Below are positions 41,749 to 55,069 of a stretch of 64,000 nucleotides of DNA, one piece after another; position 1 is the stretch's first letter, and the number at the start of each line of letters is the position of its first letter. The stretch covers positions 1 to 64,000 of the forward strand of contig CT868038.1 in the NCBI GenBank assembly GCA_000165425.1. Direction: 5' to 3'. The notes under the pieces are model-generated. The model was not told the DNA's origin, did no database searches, and was given only the letters and a program-made list of their open reading frames with translations. The stretch is from Paramecium tetraurelia. Lineage: Eukaryota. The translations under genes were made by a program, and so were the position numbers.

Positions 41749-44700
41749 ATGTCAGAAGAACAATTTAACGAAACGAAAGAAGCGGCTGAGCCTTACAAAC
41801 CTGTTGATTTCAAGGGCGATCCACAACATACTGAAACCAAAGTAGCTCAACCTGTCTATGGGAATGATGATGTGCCGATCGGAAAATCTTCAAATAAATA
41901 AATGCTCGATGAATTTCCCCCTGAGGATTTTGTCCCCAAAAAGCCAGCAGCCAAAAAAGCACCCAAAAAACCTGTACATCCTCCCGTTTAAAACGATGAA
42001 CCCAAAGTTGTAGTTAACCCTGATGAAATCCCAATTAAACCTGCTGGGGCAGGTGTGCTTGATGAGCAGCCTGTTGGAGGAGGCAAGAAATTCGCTATTA
42101 GTGAATACCCTGAAGGAATGGAGGGGGGAGGAGAAGATGTGCAATAGACAGTCCTTCCACTTGCCCAGCGTTTGAAGTCAAAAGCATGGAAATTGAGACA
42201 AAGTGCTTTCGAAGAAATGGCAGAACTCTTTTAAAAAGACGAATCTCTTGATGAATATTACGAGGAGTGGCCCAAGCTGATCAATGATAACAATCCTGGA
42301 AGTTAAGAAAAAGCATTGATAGCCTTATAAATATTTATTTCCAAGTCCAACAAGGGCTAATTCGCAGCAAGATTTGATGCTAAAGAGACGATTCGAATGT
42401 TAATAGACAAATGTATTGCTCCAGGCAAGAAATAAATAGTCAAACTAAGTTAAGAAATCTTTTTTGATATTTTTGAAAGAAGAGATAAATAAGAAATGTT
42501 TGATGTTGTTAATGAAATGTTGAAAAACAAAGTGCAAAAGGTTTAATGCGCAGCAATCCAAAGCTTGGTTGAATTATTGATAACATTTGGTCCAAAGAGA
42601 TTGGATTATTTGAAACCTTTCTTTCCAGAAATCGAGAAATTAGCTTAATCTACTGTTTCATCAATCAAAACCGAGTGCATGAACTTTTACAAGGAAGCTC
42701 ACAAATGGTTGGGCGAACCAATCTTAGCCCCTTTTATCAAAGGACTTAAAAAGTTATAATTGGAGGAACTGGAAAAGTTCCAAAAGGAATGGCAACCTAT
42801 TCCCATGGTTCCTACAAGAGGTGGAGATGCGGTAACTGTCGGATAAGGAGGTGGAGCCAATAATGGATTAGATGCATATGACTTGGTTGATGCAGTTGAT
42901 ATTTTCAATAAATACAATGAGAAGTGGTGTGACAAGGTCTTAGCCCAAACCAAATGGAATGAAAAGCAAGCCTTATTAGATTAATTGTTAAAAGAGTTAG
43001 CTACTCCTAAAATAGCTCCTGGCAATTATGTACCAATGATAGCAATGATTAAAAAACTACTAGTAGATTCCAATTAGGTTATAAACGTATGCGCTATTAA
43101 ATTATGTGGAGCATTTGTTAAAGGACTAAGAAAAAACTTTACTGCTTAAGCAAAACTCTTATTTCCACTTTTGATGGTTAAATTGAGAGAAAAAAAAAAT
43201 ATATGCTAAGAAGCCAAAGCTGCTTTGGAATTGTTCCATTACTGTTTATAAGTGGAAGACGTTGTTGAAGATTTCAAGGAAGGACTTGCTGACAAGAATC
43301 CACAAATGAGAGCTTAAAGTCTGTTATTATTTGCTAAACTTGTGTAGTTGAAAGGATTCCCTCAAGGAGCACCTAAACCTAAATTTGTGGATTGTGTCAA
43401 GCAATTATTGCCACTGGCTAAAAAATTAATTGAAGACAGTGTTCCAGATGTGAGAGAAGCATCAGTACAAAGTTTAGGCACTCTAAAACCATATTTATCA
43501 GACTAATTGATTAATTCCTTTTACTCAGATATTGGACAATAAAAATTAAGTAAAATCAATGAAATTTCTGGTCAAATTGAAGAAGAGAAAAAGAAGGAAC
43601 AAATTAAAAAGTAGCCTACACAAGCCAAAGAACAATAAGCAGCTTCATAGGTTCAATAATCCACTATACAAAACAGTTCAATACAATAGGCAACAGCTAA
43701 GAAGCCTCCTCTTTCTCAAAAGAGTAATATTGTAATTACAGAATCGCCAGAACAAAGTGTAGATCAATTAGAGGGTTTGCTAAGAAGTTATGGGGTTGAT
43801 GATCAATTTTTTGAAAACATCAATGGAATGCCTAAGTTGAAGGCTGAAGCTATAAAGATGCTTGAAAATGAAACTGACACTATGTAGCATCATTTTGAGG
43901 ACGTTTTGAACTTCTTGAGGATAAAATTGAAGGATTGGAAGGAAGCCAATCTTTCAATAAATAAGGAGCTGTTTGCCATATTGATTTATGCTAATAATTT
44001 GGATCCAAAGCCTTTTACTCAAAAATCATTTTAACCTTTGTGCAAGTTGCTGGTTGAAAAAATGACAGATTCTAAATTCAGAGAGGACATCTACATAATT
44101 TTGAAGGGATGTTGTGAATGTGTGAATCCTAAATACATTGTGTTGTATTTGATGACTCAAGCTGTGCCGAAGGAGGATAAGGACAGTGGTAAACTTACGA
44201 TTGTGCCTCCCTAGAAGATTGGAGAGGTGATTAATAACATTTCGAAAATCATTGATATCGTTACTATTCGAAATGTGCCCACCAAAGAAATTATTGATTT
44301 CGGTAAGGAATAATTACAATCAACAAATGCCATCATCAAGACTTCTTGTGTAGAGTTGTTCAAGACAATGTACAAGTATATTGGCTAAGAATTGCTCTAA
44401 TTTTTGTAGGATGTCTAGCCCCCAATAATGAAGACTCTTAATTCTGAATTCGAAAAAATATCAGTGTTAACTTCTTATGAACCAACAGTCACTTTTACAG
44501 GAGAAGCAGCCAAAGAATGTGGAGTGATCCAGTCTCAACCCTTGTCTTAATCAATTATGCAATCTACAATCTCATCCATCAATGATAACTTGCCTAGAGC
44601 TGACATCTCAAACTAGTTACAATCAGTTTTAAAGAAAATGGCTGATGTCCAATGGAATAAGAGGAAGGAAGGAATCGAGGAATTGGATAAATTATTAACA

Positions 44701-47700
44701 CACAATAATAATAGAATTTAGATAAACGGATTAAATGATCTGATCAACATGCTCAAACAAAGATTGAGTGATAACAATAAATAATTGGTTAGACCCATTG
44801 TTTAGATAGTGGGTAGAGTAGTTGAAGCCTGTGGAAAGGATTTTAAATCATCAGGCAAATAATTGATTTCACCATTAATCTCAATTCTTAGTGATAAATA
44901 AGTGTTGGTTAGACAGGATGTAGTTGCTAGTTTAGATAAGTTTTGTATAGCCATTGGCATAGATTAAGTGATCTTGCAAATGCCACCTTATTTATAGATG
45001 GAATCCATTGAGTTGAAACAAGAAGTTCTGTTATTCATTATGAAATACATCGAGGCCTTACTCAAATTGGATTACAAGCCCTTTATCTTACCATTAATTA
45101 ATTGTCTTTGTGACAGAGTCAAAGAAGTAAGATAGGCAGCAGAGTAAGTTTGTGAAAGGATGGTTGAAGATGTGGGCATAGATCCATTTTTAAATTAAAT
45201 GAAAGATCTGAAACCAGCTGTTGTTTAATAGGTGAAGCAGTTCTTTGCCAAATTTGGAATGACCGAGGTAGAAGAAACTTCAAAGAGAACAGGTAAAACA
45301 CCAAAGGGCAAACAATAATAATTACAATAAAGTTAATAACAAGATATCAGAAATATGAAAAGAAATTTGACTACAAAGGATTTGTAAAGCGATTTGAATA
45401 CCTCTCAAGAACCAAAATAAAGAAATGAAAGAACTCCAAAGAAATCATTACATTAAAAATCTCACAAGACTCTACCATAAGACAACACTCCATTAAGACA
45501 ATAAAAAGAAAAAGCCATCTTCTAAGATGGCAATAGTTTGATTGCTAGAAGTGCAAGCATCAAGGAAATGAAACTGTTAAGATTGCAATCGGATTAAGCA
45601 TAATGGTGGGCCAGTGATTGTTTTCCAAACAGTGCATTCAGTGATCTGTATGTATGTCTAAGAGAGGATCTCTACAATCAATTAATGTCATACAATTACA
45701 AGGATGTTATGAAAGGCTTGCAATAATTAATGATTATTTAGAACGATCCTGAATAGAAGACAGACATAATTGAATTAAGCGACTTACTATTAAAATTTGT
45801 ACTAGTTAAAATCTATGGGTGTTCTGCCAATCAACTATTAATTAATGCCTTGATTAGTTTCCTAGATGCATTCTTTTAGACTATATCCAAATCGAGGTAC
45901 ATCTTAACTGAAGTAGAATAAATTGTGATAATCTCCTTAATAAGAGAACTAGTCTATGCTGGAGTTGATGTCCATCCAGAATTGATTCAAAATCTGCAAT
46001 TGGTGTTCCCAGCTGAAATTATGATTAAAAGACTCCTTCCTTTGTTTAGGATCAATCCTTAAAGTATTCACCCCTTCTTGATTGATCAGAAGGAGAGAAT
46101 TGATACTTAATTATGCAATTTGATCATTCAAGGTCAATTGGCCAAATTCTTTCCTCTGGATCTCTTCCCAGAATATTCATAATACTTCACTAAAGAATTA
46201 CAAAATGAATTTATTACTCTATTCGGAGATAATACTATGTAAGAGATATACCTAACAATAGTAACCATATTAGTAATAATAATATTAATAATAATAATAA
46301 TAACCATAACCGTAGTCAGTAACTTAATAAGCATAATAACAATACTAAACAGGGAAGTAACCAATTGTCTAAGGCACTGTATAGTTGCAATCAGCAAAGG
46401 ATCCAAGATCACAATACTTCTTATCAATTTTAGAATCTCTATTGAGTGAGTAAACTTCTCAAAAAATAGAATCCCTAATGTAAATCAGTGATTTGCTAAC
46501 TCAAAATATATAACAAAATCAACAGTTGTTTGTTGACAATGCAGAGGCCATTTGCAAATGCTTCTAAACTCTCTTACAGAATACCTTCACACAAAGAGAA
46601 ACCTACCCTGCACAATTCATACAGTTCTTCCTCTAAGCCTTAAACAAATTGTATTAACTAAAGCCATATGTAAATTAATTGCCATATGAACTATTGTGTG
46701 GATTCACTGAGGAGATTATGCAAAGACTTTTGACTGAGGACGAAATAAAAGCCCAGCATGAGAATGGAGATGCTACAGTTAGATAACTCAACTCAACCAC
46801 TCTTCGTATCTTGGAAAATACAAGCTAGGATATCATGTTTTCTATTTTATTCGACATTTTAACAAAGCATAGACGGAGAAACAATTCGTCGAAAATGATA
46901 GGCTTGCTTGTTAAATGCATAGCCAGATTAACAGCAAAAGTAGAATAGAATAGTAACATTAAGATTGAATTACTTCTTCTTAAATTCCATAACTATTTGA
47001 ATGAGTTTTAACACTATCCTAACTTTGCTGTTGATGAGTAAGGAGTCAAAACAATTAAAGTTGTCCTCCAATAATTAGTTAAAATGAGGGGGGAGACCAT
47101 TTGGGAAAACTACCATCTTGTAGGCAGAAGCACCCAATAAGATCATTATCTGAATAAATGGATCCAAGCCTATTTGGGCAATCCTTCCTTGTAAAATGCC
47201 TAACAAGAAAACAACCTCCCTGATCAAGAATTACTGTAGATTGCCGAGATGTTGAGATCGCCTAACTTATTAGATACTGGCATCCAAAAGATGGTAGACA
47301 AAATCAAAAGAAATCCAAGTATCATATTCAATCTAATTTAGCTATCCAATGGTAGAAGTACGTTCAAGATCAATAGATCTAATTACTCATATAGTAATAA
47401 TTGACTAATGGACAGGCACCCGTACTGGGAGGTTATATTAGTAATCAGTCTACTCTATAGCAATCCTAGTTATAATAATTGCCCCTATAACAATCGCAAC
47501 TATAATAGAACTCACTACAATAACCTCCATTGCAACAATCCTAACTATCTGTTAGACCTTAGTTACAATACCCTGCACAATAATAACAATCACAATAATT
47601 ATAGAATTAATTACAATAATCACAATTATAAGACTCCTAACTGTCAGTTAGGCCCTAGTTACAATAACCAACACAATAGCGACAATTATCACAATCACAA

Positions 47701-48031
47701 TAATAATCACAATCGCAATAATAACAGCAATAATAAATGTTACAACAATTGGTTCCGTATCCAAAATCGACTAGAGAAGTTGATCAATAATAATAATATA
47801 GCGATACTCTAAATGGCTAATAATTCAACCCAATATATGTCTGTTAATTAATACCAAATGAATTCAAATCAAATAGTATAATAACAACAATAATAAAATG
47901 TAAAAACACCAGAATATTTAATGCAAAAATTGACTGATATGAAAAATAAAGTTCAAACTCTTGTTGGTCCAAATAATGTCTAACAAGCATAAAATTCTAG
48001 ATCCTTTTAAAATAATCGTATGGCATAATGA
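41749..48031 (+). CDS. XMAP215/ch-TOG (Dis1/CKAP5) microtubule polymerase
   Basis: LPLAQRLKSKAWKLRQSAFEE, LDAYDLVDAVDIF...TKWNEK, LKDWKEANLSI, LPRADISN...DVQWNKRKEG: successive TOG domains, then a Q-rich tail. Apparent +1 frame discontinuity near 46250. Confidence 0.93.
47440..47900 (+). repeat. Gln-rich low-complexity coding tract in the XMAP215 tail
   Basis: CAA/TAA/TAG runs with two copies of SQLSVRPQLQxP. This explains the spurious N-rich ORF 47408..47812. Confidence 0.85.
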
Positions 48032-48153
48032 ATATCAATTATAATAAATAATTCATTATTCTAATGTTATTTCTATTGTTGTAATTCAATTGATCAGACT
48101 TCTACACATTATAATATTCTATTAATTTAAATAAAACAATTTTTAATACTCAA

Positions 48154-48906
48154 ATGAAGAAGTTGTTCATCCTCTTCCTTGTATTTGCTTGTTGCTACTC
48201 ACTAAATATGGAAGTGCAGGTTTCCAAATTGGAAGCTTAGGAAATTCTAAAAGCCTATCTGAAGAAAGTAAGCCTATAAAATTTATTATTACCATGGAAT
48301 AAAGTATAATTCATTCTGTAACATTAGGAATTAAGTGTGGGATTCGGAACAATATTGACTAAGAATGTAGCGATTTCTGATTTAATATTTAACGAAGATC
48401 TAATTTAAATTGATCTAATAGAGGAATCGAAATCAATGAAGGTGTTTATTCGGTTGGATTCCTTTGCACTCAGATTGAACGCTGATATTACCACAAAAGT
48501 GTTGTTAAACTTTTCAACTTAGTTGGATTTAGAAATATTCGGATTATAAATAGAAGCAACTTTATTGCTTCAAAAGAATTAGATTATCGTATAAAACGAA
48601 AAGTTTGATAAATTTTCTATTAAATAAATCAAAATTAAGGAAGGTGAAGGTGTGATTTCCAATTTAATCAAAAAAGGTTTCAATGAATTATTGAATCTCT
48701 TTAACAAACTCATTAATGATTTTTTTACAAATAAAATAGTTTAATTCTTTAAATAAGATAAATGGAGAAATTTGCTGCCTTCATACATATCTGAAGTGTA
48801 GTTTTAAGAGGTAATAAATTCGGAAAATTTGAAATTCACATTTTCTGTTAACAATTCAGAAGTAATAGCTAAAATTTCTTAACATAAACCTATCAATGAT
48901 ATTTGA
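48154..48906 (+). CDS. Secreted hypothetical protein, possibly BPI/LBP (TULIP)-like
   Basis: Signal peptide MKKLFILFLVFACCYS, long beta-like middle, amphipathic helix ISNLIKKGFNELLNLFNKLINDFF. One short intron. Confidence 0.55.
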
Positions 48907-49116
48907 ATGATGTTTATTTTTTAATGTTATGTCCGTGAGATCATTACAAATCAATATAGATTAATTTTACATTTAAATAAAATTTATTTTTCTCTGTGTA
49001 TGTAGATAATATATGTGTACTTCTTTTTAAACTATAATACTATTAATATATCTTATATTACTGATAAAAGGAATTTAGTTCCTAAAACTTGAATTAAAAA
49101 TACATTGAAAAAATAT

Positions 49117-50121
49117 ATGAAGATAAATCAACTGTCACCATATTAAGGAAGCCTTACCTTGGTCCTTAAATTCTTCAGAGTTCCTTAATGAGATGAAAAA
49201 AGGAAGGCATTATCTCAAAAAGGAAAAAGAGATTTAAGGAGTGATTATAATAATTTAAATAAAAATAACAGCTTATTTATGACTCAAAACCTACAGGATT
49301 ATGCTTAATAATTAGTGAATATCTCGATATCGGATGAGGAAGACATAATCAATTACTCGCCAATAAGATAATCAAATTACCCGTAGGTTGCTACTTAGGG
49401 TTAACCTTCTGCCAAAAAGTCAATTGCAACATCAGTCAAAGGATAAGCAAAATCTACTGCTTCAAAAACATCTAAAAGTATGATAACCTAGTATGATTTA
49501 AGAACCAAGTGGAGTTAAGTCAACCAAGGATAAAACTAAAGAGATGAAAGAGCAATTTGAAGAATAGGGGAAATAGCTAAAATGGTATTAAGAAGAGTAC
49601 CAAAGATTAAAGGATCAAAAGAAATAATTAAAAGAAGAGAAGACTCAATATGTAATAGTCTCATTTATCCATAATAGCTTCTAACGATTAATACGTATAA
49701 AACAAGGTTAGAGCAAAGTACAGGGAACGAGAAGAAACTCCACTAATAATTGAATGAACAGATGGATGTTGCAAAATAAGCATTGAAATAAGCAAATGAT
49801 GCTCAAATTAGTTTGGAACAGAGCAAACAAAATTTAATATAATAATCATAAATGGAAGACCTAGTCAGATAAAGACAAAAAGAAGATTTAGAGTACAAAT
49901 ACTAAAAGAAGCTTGATCAATCAGTAAAATAAGCAATAGTTGATGCGGAAAGCAAGTATGAATTGAGAATTCATTAAATGAATAAGGAACTCGATGTGTT
50001 GAGATAAGAGAATGTTGAACTACATAAAAGACTGATGTAGAATGAAACAAATAAAAAGCATTTTTATGTTTAAAGTGAAATAGATTAGTTGAAAACTAAA
50101 TATTTAACAACTAAAGGATGA
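49117..50121 (+). CDS. Hypothetical coiled-coil protein
   Basis: Continuous Q/E/K-rich frame with one short intron (~49652-49676). Confidence 0.65.
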
Positions 50122-50260
50122 TTATATTTAAACTATTATTGTTGTTTAAAACTTTATCTATTTGTTTTAATTTATATATAAATAGTGGTTGTCACATGCC
50201 AAATTAACATTAATAGAGTTAAATCATTAAAAATAAACCATTAATTCATATCAATATAAT

Positions 50261-51562
50261 TCAACCATCTATATAAAAGTATTATTTGATGTTATATATT
50301 AAGAGAGGTATGAATCCCACTGCATAAATAACTACTATGGCCACCAGCATTAATATAATTATTAATGGAGAGAATGCTATCAAAATCCCATTGTTAATAC
50401 TGTTCGTTCGATTTTTGACAAAATAAAAAACCCACTTAGATACCTATATAAACTAATGCAAGGCGATGTATATTCCTAGTACTATAACAAAGCCACAAGC
50501 CAGAAATGCAACTATAAACAAAATGGATAAGTAAAACATGAGAACAAAGAGCATCCTAAACGACAACTATTTAATAACTCGGTATAATAGATGAAAACAA
50601 TTTCTTTCTCTTTTTTTACAAGGAATGCATGTCAATGTTTCTGAGTTTGGAATGGATTCAAACAATTCCAAAGGTCCTTTGCAATCCAAACAAAATAAAT
50701 GATTGCACACAAAACATTGTTACCAATTTGCTTTGTAATCTCTGCAAGGTTCTGAACTTACAGAGCATTTGTTTGGTTCTGACAGAGAATGACAATAAGG
50801 ACACTATATAATTTGTTATTCCTTGATGTACTTTAAAAACAACTTATCAAAATCACATGCTCCAATATGCTTAGTCCAACAAATGGCACAAAATGTTTGC
50901 TTACACATTTCGCATTGATTTTGATTACTATCTGAAATGATATTCAATTGCTATAAATTGTTGTAAGGTTACAAATTAAATTTTGCTTTGCATCTCTTTT
51001 AGTAGCAAAATTAATTGTATTAAAATTTATTCCACGTTTTAATGTCATTGTATTATAAATACTAAAATATCAGATAGTCATTTATTTCGTATGAACAACC
51101 CAAATAAGGACACATCAGTTTTCTACGATTATCATTGTTTATGGTTATATAAAAACTTAAACACGAATCACAACAATAATGATTACATAGGTTTAATTTT
51201 ATTAATATAGAATTTGCAGATGTACAAATAATACAATCTCCATAATCTAAGTTGTAAAATTTCCCTTATTTTTCGACAATAATTTCAATCTCATTGCTGA
51301 ATTTACAATCCTTAAACTTGCCTGCACTCTCTTTGTTAATTGTTTAAAAAGCATGAATGATATCCCAACAAATCTAGCAAATGCTTAGTTCTCGTTCGAT
51401 AGTAGAGTAATTCAAAAGATGAGCATTTTATTCAAAGCACAAATTACAAAATTCATTTGAATTAGTATTATCCTGTTTTTCTGGTTTGAATTATAGGGAT
51501 AGCTCAGTTTCATTTTATTTATTGTCATCATTTTCAATATTAATAAGAATAGCTTAATCCAT
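50261..51562 (-). CDS. RBR (RING-IBR-RING) E3 ligase-like protein with C-terminal TM segments
   Basis: RING1 CIIC...LCNHYCCDSC...CPYLGC, IBR C...CEMCKQTFCAICWTKHIGAC, RING2 CPYC...CFVCNHLFCLDC, hydrophobic C-terminus. Confidence 0.8.
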
Positions 51563-51683
51563 GAAATTGATTTATAATTTTTAGAATACTTATAAATGTT
51601 TAAATTAAATTGTTTTGACAAATACTTTTAATATTATTTAAGGTCTGAAATACTATAATGCATATTTGTATTATAATAGATTC

Positions 51684-53999
51684 TCATTTCTTGAATCCAC
51701 TTTGGGGTCTTCTAGCGTTTTTCTTGATTGCCGATTACAAGCGAACTTTATTGGGATTAGATGGAGGATTCAATATGGCTTCCTTGTTGATTATCGAAGG
51801 ATCTTCAATGTAGACATTGGCTTGCTTTTCATTTTAAATCATTTGTTGTTCTTCCTAATATAATTTCTAATAGAATGTTACTTCATCTTCATTCAAAGCC
51901 ACATTCAATACTTCCTATATCTTTTATGAAGGTTCATGAGAAAAATCCTCAGTCATTCTTTGGGGTAGATCTAAATCAGTTTGCAAGATGTTTTCTGGTC
52001 TAAATCTCGGGTTAGTATCTCCGAAATTGATTGCCATTTTAGAAAAATTGCAAATGGGTCTTTTGAAGAAAAATGCAGATGCAGGCTTTTTCAATGGATT
52101 CGCTTCAAACTCCTTAATAACCCAATCATCTTGCTCTTCTGAGAATTCTAATTTCTCCTTTAATCTCTTTTCTAAATGAATAACATTATTTGAATACCTT
52201 CATCTTCTGGAATGAAATGTTCAATTATAAGATTCATTAGATTTAACTATCTCAGAGATTCTCTATTATCTTCTATTAATTCTTCCTTCTACCTCTATCT
52301 AAATTAAGTCTACTCCTAAGCTTGACTTTTTAATTCCTTAATTTTTTAGATTAGATTATTTAACTTTTATGTTTTGGCTTCAATTTCTTCTTTGGTTGAA
52401 TTATACTTCTATTCTTATTCCATTTACATGGCTTCTTTTTTTGCCAATTCCTCAGCTTGTCTTCTGGCTTATTATGATCTCTCCTCCAACTCCATTCTTG
52501 CTTTTAATAGATCCTTTTCTTTTTATCTAGTTTCCTCTTTCATTTTATCTCCATGCAACAATTACTCCTGAAGTTCTTAAAGTTTCTTTTGCATGTTCTC
52601 TTGTTCTTTTTTGAGATTGTGCTCCAACTTCTATTTCTCCTTTAATTTCAATTACAATTGTTTTTTTTCTTCTTCCTACAACGTACTTTGTCTTCTCTAT
52701 TGCATAATCTATTATTCTAAGTCAGCCTTCTCCTTTTAAGCCTTCTTTTACAATTCTGTAAGTTCTTCATCATCCTCCACTTCAATAACTTGTTCCTTGA
52801 TTTTTTAGATTTATCCATTTGGCCCAATAACTCCTCCAGCCTTCCTAGCTAATTCATCCTTTAATTTATTAATTTGTTCTTAAAATTCTCTAATCATGGC
52901 ATCTTTTGGATCTTCATTGATCTTTGGATTGTTTTGAATTTTCTTAGCTCTGCTGGCATATCTGAGAGTGGACATGGTTTCATCAAAATTATAATCAGCT
53001 GGACCAATATTTGCAACCATGACGGTCTTAGTGTTACCTCCCAAGGAATCCTATAAGAGACGAGTCAATTTGGAATCTCTGTATGGGATATGTTGACTTT
53101 TTCCATCAACCAATGATGTGATAACATTACCAAGTGTTGTTAAACTCAAGTTGATATTAATGGCTTCTTCAAATCTGACACCAACTGCTTGTGTCTTTGA
53201 TTGTCTTTCACTACCTGCTAAATCAACAAGGTTTAATTTTCCAGATTTAATGTGTTGTTATTAGTCTGCTCCAAATTCACTTGATTCAATGGTGAGTGTG
53301 AATATTGAATGAGACCTAGAGGATTCTTAATTCATTTTAGTCTCTCCCACTTTCCTATTGGCTCTACCAGCCTTTAGCCATTCATTTAGTTCAGCCACAG
53401 ATTTTACAACTATTTTAGAGAGATCCTTAACAAATACTCCTTGTTCTGGTTTTTCTCTTAATTCTAACTTGGTGAGATGGTTTGGACTCAACAAATCCCT
53501 GACTTCCTCATTATAGAGTTCTAAATAGGAACATCTAACTAAGAATTGTATATTAGGTGTCCCTTCAATAACTTTGATGATGTGATCGAAGGTTCTGGGA
53601 GTGATACCTCTTTCATGGGGAGGATCGTTCTTGCCTTCCATGGTATGAGTTTTGCCAGTACCTGTTTATCCATAGGCAAAGACAGTACCATTGTAACTAT
53701 AATAGTTGTACATTTTTGATTTACCCATCCATGACACTTTCAACTATGGGCAAGGCTGTGTTGTGATAGACTTGTTCTTGTTGTGAATTCATATCAAAAA
53801 CTTCATCAAAAACAAATGATCTTTGTGCTTCATTGCCATCTCCTTTTATATTTTAAATAATGATTTCTTTTCTGGTTGTGTCTACTTCTACTATTCTCCT
53901 TCTGCCATCTTCTACCTCAAAATAACTGATTCAATTTACTTCTTTGCTTGATAATGGTCTAGCTCTCACAACCACCTTTACACACTCCTTTCTTTTCAT
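51684..53999 (-). CDS. Kinesin-2 motor subunit (KIF3/FLA8-FLA10-like)
   Basis: [82 protein letters not shown], tail RPQSG. Confidence 0.95.
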
Positions 54000-54040
54000 T
54001 TTTATATATGAAATTAATGTTTAGAAATTACAATAATATT

Positions 54041-54499
54041 TCAAATGGCTGCATTCTTAATTATAAATAAATGCGTTAAGAGTGAGTGAATGAGTGAGAG
54101 AGAGAGGTAGGACAATGCGAGTTACTTCTTGGGTTCAGGAGGGCGATTATATATATATTAAAAACAGAGATTAAAATTTATTGCATTTTCAAATTGATTA
54201 GGACAGCTTTTAAAATCTTGATGCATTTTATAAAATTACAAACAAGTGTATTATGATAATGTTCGAAATTGGTTATTTCTAAAGACATCAAGAATCGAAA
54301 AATTGATTTGCTTTTATTACTGTTTCAATATTAATTCTGATTCGAAACGAGGGGGATGTGTCTGGTTTTGGGATGACATGAATCCTAGCTTCGTGCGGAA
54401 TCGATTGGATTAATAATTATGAGATTATTAGTGCGAATGATTTCGGGAAGGGAGGATTGGAAGTTCATCTCTTGAGAAATTAAGGTGTCGCGTTTTCAT
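54041..54499 (-). CDS. Hypothetical 152-aa protein
   Basis: Intronless ATG-to-TGA frame MKTRHLNFSRDELPILPSRNHS..., no domain recognised. Confidence 0.4.
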
Positions 54500-54604
54500 T
54501 GGTTGATTCTGAGGATATTGGGATATTTTTTTATTGAAATTTTAATTAAAACAAAAGTATTGGATCTCAAATTAAATAAGAAAAAATACATTAGCATAAA
54601 ACAA

Positions 54605-55028
54605 ATGACAGATAATACTAAAAAGGTATATATATAAATTAATAATTTGTTTAGGAAGCTCCACCAAAAAGACCCCAATGTGCATTCTTTATTTACAAAT
54701 AGGAGGTGTACTCATAAGTCAAAGATGCTCACCCCGGCAAGAAAATGACCGATATCACCAAGATCATCTCTGAATAGTACAAGCAACTACCAAAGGATAA
54801 AATTGATTAATACGAATAAAAGTACAAGGACAGCAAGGCTATATTTGAAAAAGAAAAGAAGTTCTCCTTTCTATATATATTTTTAATAGAATCTACGAAG
54901 ATAAATACGGAAAGATCAAGAATGAGAGAAAGAAGAAGAAGGAAGACGGCAAGGGATCCAAAAAAGTTCAAAAGAAGTAAAAGAAGTAGGATTCCGATGA
55001 AGATGAGAGTGGATCAGACGATGATTGA
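54605..55028 (+). CDS. Single HMG-box protein (HMGB/NHP6-like)
   Basis: PPKRPQCAFFIYKQEVYSQVKDAHPGKKMTDITKIISEQYKQL...YEQKY, basic then acidic tail. Two introns. Confidence 0.93.
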
Positions 55029-55069
55029 GAATTCATATTTAATATAAATAATTATATTTTTTATTATTT

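Noticed and set aside
47408..47812. N/H-rich ORF in the supplied track
   Set aside because: Off-frame reading of the Gln-rich XMAP215 tail.
54078..54108. GAGT/GA microsatellite-like run
   Set aside because: Short, imperfect simple repeat with no further structure.
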